A stretch of DNA of 63,222 nucleotides, filler included. It is 4 parts of 4 records of this genome, joined end to end, with 100 filler letters (N's around TTAATTAATTAA, not from the genome) between each part and the next. Parts side by side here need not be neighbours in the genome. Positions count along the whole stretch, not along the records: positions 1 to 22,664 come from SRR22947727_1161; 3 more parts are not named here. One strand, given 5' to 3'. The position numbers were made by a program, and so were the translations under genes. Numbering within the stretch: the first letter of the stretch is position 1; every line of letters begins with the position of its first letter. The notes under the pieces are model-generated. The model was not told the DNA's origin. It made no database searches and worked only from the letters and a program-made list of their open reading frames with translations. Below are positions 9,663 through 20,712 of the stretch, in pieces.

Positions 9663-12539
9663 TCAATTAGTCTTATGACTATTAATCATTACTCCATCTG
9701 CATTAATTTCTATTACCGAATAACCTAGGTCTTTAATTTCACTCATATATTTATTTTTATCCCCAACAATGACGGTAATCATATCATCAGTATTAAGATA
9801 TTTTTTTGCTAAGGCATTTATTTCACTAATATCAATTTTTTTAAGTGTTTTGGCTTGATCATCAACAAAAGAAGTTTCTAAATCATAAGTCATCATTCTA
9901 CTTAAGAAACTCAATTTCTGGCTGGGAGTTTCATATGCACGAGCATCACTCTGACCTATCGCAGACTTAGTGAACTTTAATTCATTGTCTGATATTCCTT
10001 TATCTCGATATTCATTTATTTCTTTCATGAACTCAACAACTGATTCAGCAGTTGAATCTGCTCTTACCCCTGCGCTAGCTCTGTAATATCCATAGAATTC
10101 ATTTCCGTTAAAAAATGAACGAGCACCATAAGTATAACCTTTATCTTCTCTTAGGTTTAAGTTTATTCGAGAGTTAAAAGCTCCTCCTAACATATAATTC
10201 ATTATACCAGCTTTGAAGTACTCACCGTTAGCATCATATGCTAAGGCACGATTACCTATACGAATTTCTGATTGTGGTGCTTCAGGTTGATCAATAAAGT
10301 AAATAGTATTTCCTTTAATTGGAGGAAATGGTTGAATTTCAGGTTTAGGTACATCACCCCCAACCCATTTATTAAGTGGGGATAATAGTTTAGTGAGTTC
10401 TGTCTCTTTTAGATCACTTACCGCAACTATGCTTGCTATTTTTGGTGAATAGTTTGTAGCGTAAAAATTTACTACATCGTCTAATGTTAAGTTTTTAAGT
10501 GTATTCTCGGTACCAGAAGTACTATATGCAAAGCTGTTATTACTACCATATAATAATTTGTTAAATACTTCACTAGCGGTTCTGCTAGGTTGTTTTTTAG
10601 ACTGCTTCAAGTTTTGTAAAACATTATTCTTAACTCTTAGGAAGTCCTCTCGATCAAACTTAGGTTCAAGAAGTGAATTAATCGCTAGCTTTATGGTTTG
10701 ATCAACATTTTTTGACAAGCTTCGTATATTAAGAACTGTATAAGTGTCACCAGCCGACCAACTATAGCTAGCACCTAATTTTGCTAATTGATTAGATATA
10801 TCTTCAATACTTTCATTGTTTGTAGATTCATTCATCATAGAAGCTGTAAGTGATGCAAGGCCAAGTTTTTCTAAACTTTCATTAGACTGACCAGACTTAA
10901 TTCTAAGTCTAATAGTAGTTGTTGGAACCTCGCTGTTGATTGACCCTAGAAGCGGTATCCCATTTACCACACTTTTATATATTAATGGTGTCTTTATTAT
11001 TGGGTTTGGGCCGGCATTTGGTATAATAGACCTATCAAAACTATCTTCAGGTGGAGACCAATTAAACTTTTCATCCTTTTTGTCCTCCGGGATAATTCTC
11101 TCATAGCGTTTCCATGTATCATTATTTGCAATTTTATCTTTTTGTCCTTCGGGAACTATAGACATAATTACGGAAGGCTTACCTTTTATGTATTCATTGT
11201 AGACTCTTAAAACGTCTTTTTTTGTGACACTTTCATATCGTTTTATATCTGCAGATATGCCGTTAGGATCAGAACGATAAGTCTGATATGCTGCTAACTG
11301 TGTAACTTTACCTCTAACGCTTTCTAATCCATATATCATTCCAGCAACTATACTAGACTTAACACGTATTAAGTCATCTTCATTTACCCCACGTGATTCA
11401 AATTCTTCTAATGTATCACGAATATTTTCTTCTATATTTTGTAAACTTAAGTCTCTTTGAGGGTTTGCGAGTGCAAAGATTTCGAATGTGCATGATATTT
11501 CCCCGCATGGGTGACCAGCAGATGCCTGAAGTGCAATACCAGGTTTTTGTAAGTTCTTGTACAATAATGATGTTTCTCCCCCTCCCATGATATTTTGTAA
11601 TACATCAAGAGGTGCTTCATCAGAGTGATTGCCATGTACGGTTGGCCATGACATAAATATTAACGGAATTCGCGCATTCTTGTCTTCCAGAGAAATATAT
11701 CTGTTTTCATCAATCGTAACTTGCTCATAAACTGGTTTGGTAACTGCAGGGCCACTTGGGATTGGACTGAAATACTTATTAATCCATTTCAAAGTTTGAA
11801 CCTCATCAATGTCACCACCTATGGTTAAAGTGGCGTTATTAGGTCCATACCATTTTAAAAAAAATCTTTTTAAGTCATCTATTTGAGCGCGGTCTAAGTC
11901 TTCTAAATAACCTATTGTAGACCAGCTATATGGGTGACCCTCCGGATATATTGCTTCACCCATTCTTTCACTTAAAAGTCCGTAAGGCTGGTTGTCAACA
12001 CGTTGACCGCGTTCATTTTTAACTGTTTCCCTTTGAACTTCGAATGCCTCGTTTGTTACAGCAGGTCCATTGAGTAAGAAGCCCATTCTATCTGATTCAA
12101 GCCACAAAATTTTCTCAAGTTGATTTGCTGGAACTGTCTCATAATAGTTAGTTCTATCAGAATTGGTAGTGCCGTTTAAAGTGCCACCAGACTCAGTAAT
12201 TAAAGAAAAATGCTGTTCATCTTTAACGTTCTTAGATCCTTGAAATAACATATGTTCAAAAAAATGTGCAAATCCTGACTTGCCAATTTCTTCTCTGCCA
12301 GAGCCAACATGATAGGTAACATCAACATGTACTAGCGGATCAGAATTATCTTTATGTAAGACTACAGTTAAGCCATTATCTAATTTGTACTTTTTAAAAG
12401 GTATTACTACTTCATTATTTTTTGATGTCACACTATCAATAAACTTAATACCTTCTGGTAAGCTATTGATTAAATTAGTATTACCATTCTGACATGCTAT
12501 AAGTAATGTAGGGATTAGTAATTTAAATAAAGTTCGCAT
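9663..12539 (-). CDS. M16 family zinc protease (PqqL-like), probable lipoprotein
   Basis: HFFEH inverted zinc motif, NGTTNSDRTNYYE, LREDKGYTYG; LIAC lipobox. Confidence 0.92.
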   Translation of the reverse strand: MRTLFKLLIPTLLIACQNGNTNLINSLPEGIKFIDSVTSKNNEVVIPFKKYKLDNGLTVVLHKDNSDPLVHVDVTYHVGSGREEIGKSGFAHFFEHMLFQGSKNVKDEQHFSLITESGGTLNGTTNSDRTNYYETVPANQLEKILWLESDRMGFLLNGPAVTNEAFEVQRETVKNERGQRVDNQPYGLLSERMGEAIYPEGHPYSWSTIGYLEDLDRAQIDDLKRFFLKWYGPNNATLTIGGDIDEVQTLKWINKYFSPIPSGPAVTKPVYEQVTIDENRYISLEDKNARIPLIFMSWPTVHGNHSDEAPLDVLQNIMGGGETSLLYKNLQKPGIALQASAGHPCGEISCTFEIFALANPQRDLSLQNIEENIRDTLEEFESRGVNEDDLIRVKSSIVAGMIYGLESVRGKVTQLAAYQTYRSDPNGISADIKRYESVTKKDVLRVYNEYIKGKPSVIMSIVPEGQKDKIANNDTWKRYERIIPEDKKDEKFNWSPPEDSFDRSIIPNAGPNPIIKTPLIYKSVVNGIPLLGSINSEVPTTTIRLRIKSGQSNESLEKLGLASLTASMMNESTNNESIEDISNQLAKLGASYSWSAGDTYTVLNIRSLSKNVDQTIKLAINSLLEPKFDREDFLRVKNNVLQNLKQSKKQPSRTASEVFNKLLYGSNNSFAYSTSGTENTLKNLTLDDVVNFYATNYSPKIASIVAVSDLKETELTKLLSPLNKWVGGDVPKPEIQPFPPIKGNTIYFIDQPEAPQSEIRIGNRALAYDANGEYFKAGIMNYMLGGAFNSRINLNLREDKGYTYGARSFFNGNEFYGYYRASAGVRADSTAESVVEFMKEINEYRDKGISDNELKFTKSAIGQSDARAYETPSQKLSFLSRMMTYDLETSFVDDQAKTLKKIDISEINALAKKYLNTDDMITVIVGDKNKYMSEIKDLGYSVIEINADGVMINSHKTN

Positions 12540-12621
12540 ATTCTATCATTTCACAAGTTAAAAAGGTGGTTTTAAAGTATTACTTTTAATTTAAATTACT
12601 ACACATTGAGTTTGTAAATGT

Positions 12622-14196
12622 CTACTTTAATATAGCTGATGGAAGCCATGTTGCAACGCTGGGAACACTTATCACAAGTAATATAACAATGATTTGAATA
12701 AATATAAATGGAATTACCCCATTATAAATATCTCCCGTGCGCACTTCTTTTGGTGCTACCCCTCTTAGATAAAATAAGGCAAAACCAAAAGGTGGGGTAA
12801 GAAAGCTAGTTTGCAGATTTAATGCCATAAGAACACCTAACCATATTGGGTCCATGCCTGTTGCTAATAATGGAGGTGCTACAAGAGGAACAACTACAAA
12901 TGTTATTTCTATAAAATCAAGAAAGAAGCCTAATACAAACATAACTAGCATTACTAAACTTAAAGCACCCCACTTTCCAAATGGAGCTGACTCTAAAAGC
13001 TCTTTAACAAGTTCATCGCCGCCAAATCCACGAAAGACAAGACTAAATACTGTTGCGCCAATTAATATAACAAATACCATACTTGTTATTTGCATAGTAG
13101 ACTCTGATACCTCAGCCAAATGCTGTCTTTTTATTAATGACAAAATTGAGAAAAATGTTGTTATCATTGCAATAAATGCTAGGAAAAGGCCAATAACAAA
13201 AGTAAATTTTTCATAGTTATTCCAAATTGTTTGGTTAAACCTAATATCTATTCCAGTTAAATCTATAATTACCAATAGAATTAAACTTGTAGCCGCACAT
13301 ACAGAAGAACGTTTATACATTTTTGAATCTGATGTTTTATAGGATGCAAGATATATAGCCCCGAGAGCTCCCAGAGCAGCTCCGCGAGTGGGAGTTGCAT
13401 ACCCTGAGAGAATTGAACCTAAAACTGCTATAATGAGTAGTATTGGAGGAAGCATTGCTATGATTGTTCTTCTAATAAACTCCCATGGGGATGGACCATC
13501 AGGCCATGATTGTGAAGGTGCTAAAGTAGGTTTAAAATATGCTACTAAAAAAATATATATAGCGTAGAACAGAACTAATATAAGACCGGGTATTAGGGCT
13601 CCAGCAAATAAATCTCCAACTGAAATAACCCCTGATCCTTCAAGTCCTAAAGAGCGTTGGGCTTCTTGATATGCATTACTCATTTGATCACCAAGTATTA
13701 CGAGTACTATGGACGGTGGTATTATTTGCCCTAATGTCCCAGAAGCTGCTATAGCCCCTGAGGAAAGTGCTGGAGAGTAATTTCTGTTTAGCATTGTAGG
13801 TAAGGATAAAAGACCCATAGTGACAACAGTTGCTCCCACAATACCAGTTGAGGCTGCTAATAATGCTCCTACAAAAACGACCGATACACCTAAACCGCCA
13901 TGTAATGGTCCAAAAAGATTACCCATAGCCTCAAGTAAGTCTTCGGCAATTCTGGATTTCTCTAGCATTACTCCCATGAATACAAATAATGGTACTGCCA
14001 TAAGTATTTCTTTTGTAATAAGAGGGTAAATTCTTCCAGGCAAAGATAGTAAAAACTCAACTTCAAATGTGCCTGTAATCACTCCTGCCGAAGCAAATAT
14101 TAGTGATATGCCACTTAAAGTAAAAGCAACATTGTAACCACCCATTAGAGCGATACAAGTAAAAGCAAACATAGATATAGCTAAGATATCAGCCAT
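12622..14196 (-). CDS. TRAP transporter large permease (DctM family)
   Basis: GTLGQIIPPS, QTSFLTPPFGFALFYLRGVAP. Confidence 0.94.
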   Translation of the reverse strand: MADILAISMFAFTCIALMGGYNVAFTLSGISLIFASAGVITGTFEVEFLLSLPGRIYPLITKEILMAVPLFVFMGVMLEKSRIAEDLLEAMGNLFGPLHGGLGVSVVFVGALLAASTGIVGATVVTMGLLSLPTMLNRNYSPALSSGAIAASGTLGQIIPPSIVLVILGDQMSNAYQEAQRSLGLEGSGVISVGDLFAGALIPGLILVLFYAIYIFLVAYFKPTLAPSQSWPDGPSPWEFIRRTIIAMLPPILLIIAVLGSILSGYATPTRGAALGALGAIYLASYKTSDSKMYKRSSVCAATSLILLVIIDLTGIDIRFNQTIWNNYEKFTFVIGLFLAFIAMITTFFSILSLIKRQHLAEVSESTMQITSMVFVILIGATVFSLVFRGFGGDELVKELLESAPFGKWGALSLVMLVMFVLGFFLDFIEITFVVVPLVAPPLLATGMDPIWLGVLMALNLQTSFLTPPFGFALFYLRGVAPKEVRTGDIYNGVIPFIFIQIIVILLVISVPSVATWLPSAILK

Positions 14197-14894
14197 TATG
14201 TATTTTTATCTTCATAGGTAAAGAGATTGTCAAAATTATCTGGTAGTTTTGGTTTTTCATGACGGTAAATATGCATAACCGCTCTCAATGCTATTGATAG
14301 ACCCTGAATAATCATTAGTAAAGAGAAGGCGGGAATTAACGTTTTGAGAATAAATTCCCCTTTAATGCCGTCAACTTCAGAGGATCCCTCTAGAAATCTC
14401 CAAGATGTACTAACGAATGATTGGGAATTCCATAATATAATAATACATACGGGGAGTAAGAAAGCATAAAAACCAATAATTTCAACGCATGATCTGGTTA
14501 TGCTATTCATTTTACTATAGAAAATATCAACTCGAACATGCTTGCTAGCTAATAAAGTGGAAGCGGCACCTAGCATGATAACTGAGGCATGGATGTACTC
14601 ACTTGTTTCGAAAAGTTTTGTCCAGCTTTTACCAAATATTGACAATGCAAATATTGAAAAAGATATTGTTAAAACCATTAGAGGTAGCAGCCATTTAATG
14701 ATTTTACCTATAAAATAATTAAAGCTGTCTATGGTGCTTACTATACCATAGGACATTTTTCTTAAGATCAGATTGTTAAAAAATATAATGTATATAATTG
14801 GTAGAATTATTAAAGGAAAAAAAGTCCACCCAATTGCCTGTAATACGATTGATAAAGTATCGATTAAATCAGTATTCTTTGTAAGATCATTCAT
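14196..14894 (-). CDS. TRAP transporter small permease (DctQ family)
   Basis: HVRVDIFY motif, several TM helices; start placed at ATG 14894 overlapping the end of the binding-protein gene. Confidence 0.9.
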   Translation of the reverse strand: MNDLTKNTDLIDTLSIVLQAIGWTFFPLIILPIIYIIFFNNLILRKMSYGIVSTIDSFNYFIGKIIKWLLPLMVLTISFSIFALSIFGKSWTKLFETSEYIHASVIMLGAASTLLASKHVRVDIFYSKMNSITRSCVEIIGFYAFLLPVCIIILWNSQSFVSTSWRFLEGSSEVDGIKGEFILKTLIPAFSLLMIIQGLSIALRAVMHIYRHEKPKLPDNFDNLFTYEDKNT

Positions 14895-16026
14895 CTGAAA
14901 TTTTTCTTGCATTTATATAAAGTCCATCGCTCATTTCAGTCCACTTGCTATAAGAATTTCTTGCTTTTATATAAGATTGATAAATTGTAGCTGTTCGTTT
15001 ATCTGCATTTCCTAATTCATAAACAACATCTTTACTTATCTTGCCTATTTCTTTCATTATTTCATTTGAAAAATAACGTGGAGAAATATTGTGGTCTTTT
15101 TTCAGAATACTCAATGCTTTTGCATTTTCATGAGTGTATTCTCCAAGACTTGCATCGTTGGCTGATTTACATGCATATTTAATAATGGATTGTTCAGACG
15201 TTGATAAGGTATTCCATACATCAAGATTTATACCTACTGCCAAAGAGGCACCAGGTTCATGAAATCCAGGTGCATAATAATAAGGCGCTTCACGGTAGAA
15301 ACCAAATGCATAATCATTCCAGGGGCCAACCCATTCTGTTGCATCTATGGAGCCTGATTGTAATGCCTGATAAATTTCCCCACCTGATAGCTGAACGGCA
15401 GCGCCACCAAGACGTCTTATAACCTCTCCACCTAAACCAGGCATTCGCATTTTAAGCCCTTTAAAGTCTTCAAGTGAGTTAATTTTTTTCTTAAACCATC
15501 CACCGGTCTGATGACCAGTATTTCCCGCTTGGAATGGTTTAATATTGAAATCTGCTGATAAATCATCCCATAGTTTTTGACCTCCCCCATGATCTATCCA
15601 GCCCATGATCTCTGCAGCTGTCATTCCCATGGGAACAGACGTAAAGAACGAAAAACCTTTTGACTTACCTTGCCAATAGTATTCGGCTCCATGATACAAG
15701 TCTGCAGCGCCAGAAGCTGTAGCATCAAAACTTTCCATAGCACCTACAAGTTCTCCAGCTGCGTAAACTTTGACCTCCATAGCACCTGAAGTCATTTCGC
15801 TTAATGCGCTGGCAAACCGGTTGGGCATTTGACCTAAACCTGGAAAGTCCTTGGGCCAAGTTGTGACCATTCTAAAGCGTTTAATTCCTTTTGCTATATT
15901 TGGTGTTGATATTGCAGATTCTTTATTAATAGATTGTTTATTATTGTCTTTATTACCCAATATAGCTGTAACACCTGTCCCCGTTGCTACAGCGGCTACT
16001 GCTCCTAGTATTTGGCGTCTTTTCAT
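14887..16026 (-). CDS. TRAP substrate-binding protein (DctP/TakP-like), Tat signal
   Basis: MKRRQIL Tat-like leader, MVTTWPK, GLKMRMPGLGG, IDATEWVGP. Confidence 0.93.
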   Translation of the reverse strand: MKRRQILGAVAAVATGTGVTAILGNKDNNKQSINKESAISTPNIAKGIKRFRMVTTWPKDFPGLGQMPNRFASALSEMTSGAMEVKVYAAGELVGAMESFDATASGAADLYHGAEYYWQGKSKGFSFFTSVPMGMTAAEIMGWIDHGGGQKLWDDLSADFNIKPFQAGNTGHQTGGWFKKKINSLEDFKGLKMRMPGLGGEVIRRLGGAAVQLSGGEIYQALQSGSIDATEWVGPWNDYAFGFYREAPYYYAPGFHEPGASLAVGINLDVWNTLSTSEQSIIKYACKSANDASLGEYTHENAKALSILKKDHNISPRYFSNEIMKEIGKISKDVVYELGNADKRTATIYQSYIKARNSYSKWTEMSDGLYINARKISDE

Positions 16027-16752
16027 TTAAGATTTCCTTATTGTATGCCAACCATTTTCACTCAGTAATTCATAAGGCTGAAAACGTGATTTATATTCCA
16101 TTTTCTTACTACCCTTAACCCAGTAGCCAAGATATAGGTACGGGAAATCATTTTTTTTACAACGGTTTATTTGGTTTAGTATCATAAAGGTTCCCAAACT
16201 TTTTGTTTTAAAAGTTGTGTCAAAAAAACTATAAACCATCGAATAGCCATCAGAAAGGTTGTCGATTAATGAGACTCCTAAAAGATTATTTTTTTTATTT
16301 CTAAACTCAATGATATCAGTTTCTGATGCACATTCTTCAACCATCATTTGATAGCGTGAAAAATCTATTTCTGACATCCCACCTCCATCATGTCGTGATT
16401 TTAAGTAATGTTGAAGTAATTCAAATTGTTCATTTGTCGCAATAGGTGGTTTTATTGATACGTTAAGATCAGAATTTATTTTTAGAACCCTTCTGAAGCT
16501 TTTTTTATATTTAAAATCATCAATTTTTATTCGCAAAGATTCACATGAATTACAGTTTTCACATGCCGGTCTATATATTACATTCTGAGACCTTCGAAAG
16601 CCAAAATGAGTTAAGTGATTGTTTAGTAATGGTCCATTTATAGGATCTAATTGAGTGAATACCTTTCTTTCCATTAAGTGCGGTAAATAGGGACATGGGG
16701 CAGGCACAGTCAGGTAAAATTGAATTTTATTTGTGTTAAAAGGCTGGGTCAC
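16027..16752 (-). CDS. Arginyl-tRNA-protein transferase family (ATE/Bpt)
   Basis: PCPYLP, GFRRSQN..YRP.C..C..C, SMVYSFFD, YLYLGYWV. Confidence 0.92.
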   Translation of the reverse strand: MTQPFNTNKIQFYLTVPAPCPYLPHLMERKVFTQLDPINGPLLNNHLTHFGFRRSQNVIYRPACENCNSCESLRIKIDDFKYKKSFRRVLKINSDLNVSIKPPIATNEQFELLQHYLKSRHDGGGMSEIDFSRYQMMVEECASETDIIEFRNKKNNLLGVSLIDNLSDGYSMVYSFFDTTFKTKSLGTFMILNQINRCKKNDFPYLYLGYWVKGSKKMEYKSRFQPYELLSENGWHTIRKS

Positions 16753-16764
16753 ATTAATGTCTGT

Positions 16765-18603
16765 TTATAAATTTAAGAAATATGGAGATAAAACACTAAA
16801 ACTGATCCAAAGTATTAATATTAATGGGATACCAAAAAGAGCGAAATCCGAAAACTTATAATGACCAGGTCCCATTACTAGTAAATTTGTCTGATAAGCA
16901 ATTGGCGTTGCAAAAGAACAATTTGTGGCAAATATAACAGTTAAAACAATTGAAATGGGGTCAATTCCTGTTTGTTGACTAATTGCTAGTCCAATTGGAG
17001 CAAATAATAATGCAGCAGCACTATTAGAAATAATATTTGTTAAAATAGCTATAATTAAGAAAATGGAACTTAATAGAATTTGATCTCCATATGGTTGAAA
17101 TGTGTTTATGACAGTAAGGCCTATATATTCTGCTCCTCCTGTTTTATCTAGTGCAAGACCCATTGCGAATGCAGCGCCAATTAATAGAAATATTTTCATA
17201 TCCAGAGCTCTAATAGCCTGTCGTATATTTAAACACCCTGAAGCTATCATAAATATTGCACCTGTTAATGCTGCTATTTCAATGGGTAAAAGACTTGTAG
17301 CAGCACTAGCCACTGTACCAATAAAAATTAATTGAGCTATAATAGACTTCCTTACATCGGGCAATTCTTTGGTTGACCAATCTAATAAAAGTAAATCTCT
17401 GTTTTCACGGAGTTCGTTTATTTCTGATTCATATCCAAATAGCAGCAATATATCTCCTGCTTCCAGTCTAATATCAAGCATCCTCTTTCTGATCATCCTT
17501 GAACGTCTTTGTATGCCTAAAACTAAACATCCAGTTTGACGGCGGAAACCTATCTGTTCTATATTTCTACCAATCATTCTAGAGCTAGGAGTAATAACTG
17601 CCTCGCTAATTACTATAGATTGATTGTGTTCATTATCTTTTTGCTTCTTTTGAAAGCCCGTTATATTCAGCATCCCTTTTAGGTATTCTGGACTGGATGT
17701 TAGTAAATTTGATAGTGATTTTCTTGTAGCGGCAACAATCAATATATCATCTTCTAAAAGTGCATGTTCAAAAGGAGGTAAGAATATATCATCTCCTCGT
17801 TGCACCATTCGAACAGTTACGTCTTTTAGCTTTGGATATAAACCAGCTACCGGTATGGCTTCAGTCAATGGATGGTATTTAGTAATTCTTATTTGTGCTA
17901 TATATTGATGACCCGAAGTTTTACTATTATTTTTTTGTTTACTTTTATTTGGCAATAAAATTGGGGCAGCTATTATAATATAAATTGCTCCAATCATTGC
18001 TAAGACTATACCAAATGGAAATTGAGTAAAAAACTTTAGAGATAAATCTGAAGATCTTATTAAAACATCGTTGACCAGCATGTTTGTTGATGACCCTATG
18101 AGGGTGGTCATTCCAGCTAGTATGCAAATAAAACTTAAAGGCATCATGTAGATAGATGTTGAGCGCCTTAAACGGAGAGACATCGATGCTATGATTGGAA
18201 TAAACATAACAACAACCGGAGTATTATTCATGAACATTGATACTGAAAATGCTATTATAAAGACAATTGATAAGGTTCGTCTTGGAGTATTATCTAATGC
18301 ACTATTTATACTATGTATCGGTCCTTCAAATGCACCTGTTTGAAATAAACCTTGTCCAACCACTAATAATGCCATTATTGTAATTAATGCTGGGGCGGCA
18401 AACCCTGACAATAAAGATGTGCTGTCAAAATTGGGGCTATTTTCGGGCGTAAAGAAATGAAAAAATATCATCAAGCTTGTAATAACTCCAACTGATATTA
18501 CCTCTATTGAGTACTTTTCCCTTATATAGAAATAAACAGCCACAAGCACCATGAACATAGTTGCCCACATTTGCCAGTTGGGAGATATCAAACCTAATTC
18601 CAT
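16765..18603 (-). CDS. SLC13 family permease with TrkA-C domains
   Basis: SMFMNNTPVV, TLIGSSTN, SFATPIAYQTN; central soluble TrkA-C region. Confidence 0.9.
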   Translation of the reverse strand: MELGLISPNWQMWATMFMVLVAVYFYIREKYSIEVISVGVITSLMIFFHFFTPENSPNFDSTSLLSGFAAPALITIMALLVVGQGLFQTGAFEGPIHSINSALDNTPRRTLSIVFIIAFSVSMFMNNTPVVVMFIPIIASMSLRLRRSTSIYMMPLSFICILAGMTTLIGSSTNMLVNDVLIRSSDLSLKFFTQFPFGIVLAMIGAIYIIIAAPILLPNKSKQKNNSKTSGHQYIAQIRITKYHPLTEAIPVAGLYPKLKDVTVRMVQRGDDIFLPPFEHALLEDDILIVAATRKSLSNLLTSSPEYLKGMLNITGFQKKQKDNEHNQSIVISEAVITPSSRMIGRNIEQIGFRRQTGCLVLGIQRRSRMIRKRMLDIRLEAGDILLLFGYESEINELRENRDLLLLDWSTKELPDVRKSIIAQLIFIGTVASAATSLLPIEIAALTGAIFMIASGCLNIRQAIRALDMKIFLLIGAAFAMGLALDKTGGAEYIGLTVINTFQPYGDQILLSSIFLIIAILTNIISNSAAALLFAPIGLAISQQTGIDPISIVLTVIFATNCSFATPIAYQTNLLVMGPGHYKFSDFALFGIPLILILWISFSVLSPYFLNL

Positions 18604-18693
18604 AATTATTTAATTATCTTTTCGAATAATTCTTTCATATTTCTATTTGATTGAATAGATGATTATAAATCAAGAGTTTTCTGGAGATTATAT

Positions 18694-19548
18694 ATGTCGA
18701 TATGTGCTTTTTTAGGATTAGGAGTTATGGGTTACCCCATGGCAGGCCATCTAGAATATGCTTTTAACGAATTGAGGGTTTGGAATAGAACTCCTGAAAA
18801 AAGCCATGAATGGGGAAAGGAGTATAAGGGTACTGTATCATCAACTATCCAAAAGGCAGTTGCTGGAGCTGACTTTGTTATTATGTGTGTGGGAAATGAT
18901 GATGATGTTTTTTCTGTATTTGATGAGGTTATATTACACCTTAAGCCTGGCTCAATAATTATTGATCATACCACAACTTCTGAGAATTGTGCAAAATATT
19001 GTTATAATAAAGCCTTAAAAAACTCATGTGGGTTTATTGATGCCCCTGTATCAGGAGGTGAGTCAGGTGCAATTAAGGGAATGCTAACAGCAATGTGTGG
19101 GGGCGACGAGGTTATTTTTCATAGATCAATTGATGTAATTTCTAATTATAGCAAGTCAGTGAAACTCATGGGTGGTGCAGGAACTGGACAATTAACAAAA
19201 ATGGTAAATCAAATCTGTATAGCTGGTATATTACAAGGGTTAGCGGAGGGTATATATTTTGCTCAGAAAGCCGGCTTGGATATAGAAAAAGTTATTAACG
19301 CAATAGGCAAGGGTGCGGCACAAAGTTGGCAAATGGATAATAGGGCGCTTACGATGAGTAAAGGCGAGTATGACTTTGGATTTGCTGTTGATCACATGCG
19401 TAAAGACCTTGGAATAGTTCTGAATACATCAAAAAAATTAGATATAAATTTATCAGTCGTAGAAATGGTTGATGAATACTATGCGGAAATTCAGAACAGT
19501 GGAGGTAATCGCTTGGACACTTCTAGTCTTCTTAAGAGGCTTATATAA
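18694..19548 (+). CDS. NAD(P)-dependent oxidoreductase, 3-hydroxyisobutyrate dehydrogenase family
   Basis: GLGVMGYPMA, DAPVSGG, GQLTKMVNQ. Confidence 0.92.
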   Translation: MSICAFLGLGVMGYPMAGHLEYAFNELRVWNRTPEKSHEWGKEYKGTVSSTIQKAVAGADFVIMCVGNDDDVFSVFDEVILHLKPGSIIIDHTTTSENCAKYCYNKALKNSCGFIDAPVSGGESGAIKGMLTAMCGGDEVIFHRSIDVISNYSKSVKLMGGAGTGQLTKMVNQICIAGILQGLAEGIYFAQKAGLDIEKVINAIGKGAAQSWQMDNRALTMSKGEYDFGFAVDHMRKDLGIVLNTSKKLDINLSVVEMVDEYYAEIQNSGGNRLDTSSLLKRLI

Positions 19549-19560
19549 TTGTTATTAATA

Positions 19561-20547
19561 CTAATTTTTTAACCATTTTGCAGCCTCTGGCGCAAAATAA
19601 GTAAATATACCATCACATCCAGCTCGTTTAAAACTTAGTAAGCTTTCCATCACAATCTTTTTCTCATCTAACCACCCATTTTGTGATACGGCTTTTAACA
19701 TGGAATATTCTCCGCTAACTTGAAAGGCATATGTTGGCATTCTGAATTCATCCTTTATTCTTTTAATTATATCTAAATAAGGCATTCCTGGTTTAATCAT
19801 TATCATATCTGCACCCTCAAGAATATCTTGTTCAACTTCCCGTAAAGCCTCATCACTATTAGCGGGATCCATTTGATAGGTCCTTTTGTCACCAACTAAG
19901 CTTAATGATGTTCCTATTGCATCTCTGTAAGGTCCATAAAATGATGAAGCATATTTGGCAGCATAAGACATTATCATTACATCACAAAGATGCGCCTTCT
20001 CTAATGAATCTCTTATAGCCACTACTCGTCCATCCATCATGTCCGATGGAGCGACAATATCTGCACCTGCATTTCCAAGAATGTTTGCACTTTCTGCTAA
20101 TATCTCTATTGAAGCATCATTTAGAATTTTATTTCCTTCCATTAAACCGTCGTGACCATGACTTGTGTATGGATCAAGGGCAACATCAACTATGATTCCT
20201 AGATTGGGTGTAGATGCTTTTATAGCCTGTATTGCTTGCGGTATGAGGCCATTTGGATTTAATGCTTCCGAAGCACATTCAGTTTTATTTTTTGGGTTAA
20301 TATTTGGAAATAGTGCAATTGCTGGAATGCCTAGATCGGTTGCTTTTTTTGCCTCAGAAACGATTTCATCAAGATTTACTCGATCAATTCCGGGCATTGA
20401 TGGTATTGAGGTCCGTTTCGCTTTTGAGTCAGATACTATGATAGTCCAAATTAGGTCTTTTCGCAGCACTTCATTTTCATTAACTAAGCTGCGTGACCAG
20501 CTAGAGCCTCTTGTTCTTCGTAATCTTGTAAATGGATATGTTGACAA
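19561..20547 (-). CDS. hemB: Porphobilinogen synthase
   Basis: DVALDPYTSHGHDG, APSDMMDGR, SYAAKYASSFYGPYRDA, YQMDPAN. Confidence 0.97.
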   Translation of the reverse strand: MSTYPFTRLRRTRGSSWSRSLVNENEVLRKDLIWTIIVSDSKAKRTSIPSMPGIDRVNLDEIVSEAKKATDLGIPAIALFPNINPKNKTECASEALNPNGLIPQAIQAIKASTPNLGIIVDVALDPYTSHGHDGLMEGNKILNDASIEILAESANILGNAGADIVAPSDMMDGRVVAIRDSLEKAHLCDVMIMSYAAKYASSFYGPYRDAIGTSLSLVGDKRTYQMDPANSDEALREVEQDILEGADMIMIKPGMPYLDIIKRIKDEFRMPTYAFQVSGEYSMLKAVSQNGWLDEKKIVMESLLSFKRAGCDGIFTYFAPEAAKWLKN

Positions 20548-20596
20548 TACAAAGTCCTCTTTTTTTTTATTATATCATTTTACCTGACTGTTCATA

Positions 20597-20642
20597 TGCG
20601 ACGATTTTGCATTTAAATAGGGATGATTGCGACGATTGTGCA
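20597..20642. promoter_or_regulatory. Tandem 15-bp direct repeat in the hemB/hemA divergent promoter (putative regulator sites)
   Basis: TGCGACGATTTTGCA (20597-20611) and TGCGACGATTGTGCA (20628-20642): 14/15 identical, 31-bp period. Confidence 0.55.
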
Positions 20643-20712
20643 GTAGCAATATTTAGGTTAATATATATACAAGAGACATTGGTATCAACATATTCTCATT
20701 GAAGGCGAGAAA

